The position numbers and the translations under genes are program-made. A stretch of DNA of 64,000 nucleotides, taken from assembly GCF_964188315.1 (NCBI RefSeq), contig NC_135671.1, forward strand, positions 30,256,001 through 30,320,000, in the 5' to 3' direction. Source of the DNA: Podarcis muralis. Taxonomy: Eukaryota. The notes under the pieces were generated by a model, which saw only the letters and a program-made list of their open reading frames with translations, did not search any database and was not told the origin of the DNA. Positions 60,795-64,000 of this stretch are shown here, in pieces (within the stretch, counting starts at the first letter, position 1; each line of letters starts with the position of its first letter).

Positions 60795-61739
60795 TCACAT
60801 TCTTTGGGTGCAGGAGCTTTTGCCCAGCGATTTCTTAAGCGCTATTTGGACATCTTTGTTTCGCAGGCTGTATACTAAGGGGTTCAACAATGGAGTCACC
60901 ATTGTGTAAGAGACAGAAATAAAAATAGTCTCATCTAGCGTGTAACTGGATTTGGGCCCTAAATAGATAATGCCAGCACACCCAAAGTGCACCACGACCA
61001 CGATAAGATGGGAGGCACAAGTGGAAAAGGCTTTTCGCTTCCCAGCCGTTGTGGGGATTTTCAAGACAGTGTTTGCAATTAAAATGTATGAGAGAAGGAT
61101 GAACAAGAATGAACAAATTACAACCAAAAATGAAATAATGAAAATAACAATTTCTCCTATGTAGTTATGGCCACAGGCTAATTCAAGCAATGGTGCTAAA
61201 TCACACAAGTAGTGCTTAAGTTCATTTGGTCCACAGAAAGGCAAGGTAAATATGATTAGAGTCTCTGATGTAGAAAAAATAAATGCAAGTGATACTGAAC
61301 AAGCCACCAGTTTGGTGCAGAGTCTTTGATTCATCAGAATCTGATAACGTAAAGGCTTGCATATGGAGACATATCGGTCATACCCCATCACTGCTAGAAG
61401 AAAACAATCTGTGCACCCAAAGCCCAGGAAAATGCACATCTGAGTAGCACAGCCAATGAAGGAAATGGTCGTCTTCTCTCTTAGAAGATTTGCAAGCATA
61501 TTGGGGATAATGACGAGTGTGTAGCAGATTTCTGAGAAGGAGAGGATGGAGAGGAAGAAGTACATGGGGATGTGGAGGCTGCGGTTAAGCCGTATCGCAG
61601 TGATGATGATTATATTTCCCATCAAAGTTATCAGGTACATGAGAGAGAACACCACAAACAATGGAATCTTCAGGTCTGGGAAATTAGAAAATCCAGCAAG
61701 GATAAATTCTGTCACTATAGTTTGATTTTCTCTTCCCAT
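60795..61739 (-). CDS. Olfactory receptor 9, intact, 314 aa
   Basis: All OR motifs present. Confidence 0.97.
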   Translation of the reverse strand: MGRENQTIVTEFILAGFSNFPDLKIPLFVVFSLMYLITLMGNIIIITAIRLNRSLHIPMYFFLSILSFSEICYTLVIIPNMLANLLREKTTISFIGCATQMCIFLGFGCTDCFLLAVMGYDRYVSICKPLRYQILMNQRLCTKLVACSVSLAFIFSTSETLIIFTLPFCGPNELKHYLCDLAPLLELACGHNYIGEIVIFIISFLVVICSFLFILLSYILIANTVLKIPTTAGKRKAFSTCASHLIVVVVHFGCAGIIYLGPKSSYTLDETIFISVSYTMVTPLLNPLVYSLRNKDVQIALKKSLGKSSCTQRM

Positions 61740-62839
61740 TGATGCAGCATCTGAAAATAAACTTTAAAGGTGTTACAGATTCCAACAGTGGCCATACCTG
61801 ATGTTTTATATAAAAAAAATACTTGGGGGAAATGCACTCATAAAATGTCTGCTTCCAAGTTTGTGAGGTATTAGATCCAGTTTACAAAACTGCATTTCCT
61901 TGAGAAATAAAACTTTAGCAATCAGAAAACATCTTGGCATAGTTTATCACCGTAAATTAAAATTCTGTATTCTTTTAATTGATGGAATTCCACTGTGAAT
62001 GAATGTCTGGCTACAGCCCATAAACTGATGAAGGAGCACAGAGGCAAGTGAGCTGAAGAGTTTGAGACTTCACCATATTCCTGTCAATTGCAAAATTAAC
62101 AGCATCACAAGACATAACTCTGAACACCACTAGAAAACTGAGGAGGAAGCCTATCTTAACCTGCCTTTTAAAGAGTCATACATGTCTACTCCAAACTGTA
62201 GCACCTCTCCAGGGTCTCAGGTTGATGTCTTCACTAGTCCTGCTAAGCTACCTCATACACTTTTAGAAAAATATTGGATCTGGAGCCTTCTGCATGCAGA
62301 GCAGTAACCCTACCTTTGAGAATGAAGCTTGTGCCCAAGATAAAAAGAGTCCGGTGCTTTGAAACTGTTCTTATCTCCCTTTAAAGTGTCATTTGAATGA
62401 CTAAACCATTCTGCAGTTCAAATAAAACCTGCAGAACCTCAAAACACAATAAACCTCTTCAGTTATCAACCAGGAAATATATATATACCAAATAATTCTT
62501 ACAAGGAAGAAGGTTTGGTATTCCAAATGACAGCAGTTTGCCACACTATACTTTTTACAATGTTTTTTTCTGAGCATGGAATAATGTAAACAAGTTTCTA
62601 AATCCCATCAGAAAAACTTAAAGTAAGTCAACCATCATGCTACCAATAGGATTTCTTAAAATGCACAGGTAATGTGAATATTGTTTAATAAATAAAAAAC
62701 CCAAAGTCTAAAAGGTGAGGAAAGTTCACTCCATAAGTACAATGCTAGCACTTTCTAATATCCTCAGAAGCATTGTGAAGATTTGGGGCTGGTTCATTAA
62801 TGAGAGATTTCAGAATGATTTCCATGAAGTATGGTAAAA

Positions 62840-63680
62840 CTGAAAATCTAGTAAAGAATCAAAATCATCTAAATAAATGGATTTGGTTGCACAAGGTGCT
62901 TACAGATGAGCCCAGGTGTAAGAAGAGCATACGTAAGAAATGGAAGGAAGGAGAAATCATGAATAAAAAGTGTACATGAACAGCCAACAGTTGCAGAGAG
63001 AAGATCAGGTAGCCCAAGCTCTGGATGAACTCCTGATTGCAAGAGGTTAAATATAAAAATCATAAAGGTTTCTTTGGCTATGTTCAAAGCATGAGGAGGA
63101 ACAAGTAAGTAGTACGTCCTCTGTATGGAGATGATGGAGAAATGCTATTGAGTGACAGAGAAAAGGTGGAAAACCTAATTCAAAATTGCAGGGCCTGATG
63201 AGCTCCTCCCGAAGGTACTAAAAGATTTTATTTCAGAGCCTCTATATATCTATAATCTATAATCTTTGAGAATTATTGAAGAACAGATGAGGTCCCCGTG
63301 CAAATGTTGTCCTGATCTTCAAAAGTGGTGGTGGAGAAGACCCAGGTAGCTACTGACCTGTGAGCTTGACATCGATACCAGGAAAGGTCTTAGAACAGAT
63401 AATAAAACCATTTGTCTGTGAGCACATAGAAAAGATTCTGTGATTACTAAGACCCAGCATGGGTTTCTGGAAAACAAGTCATGCCAGACGAATCCCATTT
63501 AATTTTTTGACAGAGTTACAAGCATGGTGGATCAGGAGAATGCTATGGATATAGTGTGTCTTGATTTCAGTTAAGGCTTCTGTCCCCCATTTATATTCTT
63601 GTGGAGAAGCAGGTAAAACGTGGGTGAATGAGGTATCTGTCAGGTGGATTTGTAGTTGGTTGAGTATGAGGACCTCACAC
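62840..63680 (+). mobile_element. Degenerate CR1 LINE ORF2 (RT) fragment
   Basis: GPDELLPKVLK, PVSLTSIPGKVLEQIIK, QHGFLENKSCQT, DIVCLDFS motifs with stops and frameshifts. Confidence 0.85.
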
Positions 63681-64000
63681 ATCAGACCGCCCTAGAGACA
63701 TAGTCATCTGATTCTAGAGATATCAAGCTAAAGAAGCTATTTTCAAAGCATTGCTCCATTTCCATGAACTGAAATGTGGGTTGGATTTAATAGAAATATT
63801 CGAGGTTCTCTGTCCAGGGATCCTTTCCTGCCACAAAGCTTTTAGTCAATACACTCTGGCTTTCAAAACCATGGGGATCCTTTATCAGTGGATCCTTCAA
63901 ATTGCTAGTGCAAAATAATGGCAAATTCTGGGTAATTAGTGATGACCAACAGGCAGGAAACCACCTCTGGTACCTCAAAATTATGCTTAATCAATCTAAA

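Larger units (their letters stand above)
11200..62760. repeat. Tandem segmental-duplication array of OR units (about 4-9 kb each)
   Basis: Flanks recur near-identically, e.g. ~17340-21000 with ~32090-35470, ~21000-23850 with ~49200-51250, ~29395-32400 with ~43125-46200. Confidence 0.95.

Noticed and set aside
63787-63978. 63-aa ORF near the window end
   Set aside because: No recognisable domain or convincing splice sites; adjacent to a decayed CR1

Overview
Eukaryotic vertebrate genomic DNA from a squamate, probably a lacertid lizard (inferred from Sauria SINE, BovB/RTE and a POM/Squam-type SINE). Left part (838-9801, minus strand): a complete five-exon TMEM52B gene reconstructed from sequence (54+44+39+170+251 nt = 185 aa + stop). 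Its exon 4 splice acceptor reads GG instead of AG. The rest (~11.2-62.8 kb) is a young tandem array of nine intact 314-aa class II olfactory receptor genes (OR10-family-like, all minus strand) in 4-9 kb duplicated units, plus a tiny relic of a tenth. The OR paralogs are mosaics of one another and share a candidate 5'-UTR intron. Many TEs are present: Tc1/pogo- and hAT-type MITEs with TSDs, L1-clade, L2, CR1 and BovB LINE fragments, SINEs, solo LTRs, and three DIRS-order tyrosine-recombinase retroelement copies. One of these encodes a YR plus an SGNH hydrolase, and all three share a conserved multi-hairpin 3' module. All repeat-family names come from recognising motifs by eye, not from database searches, and boundaries without a TSD are approximate.
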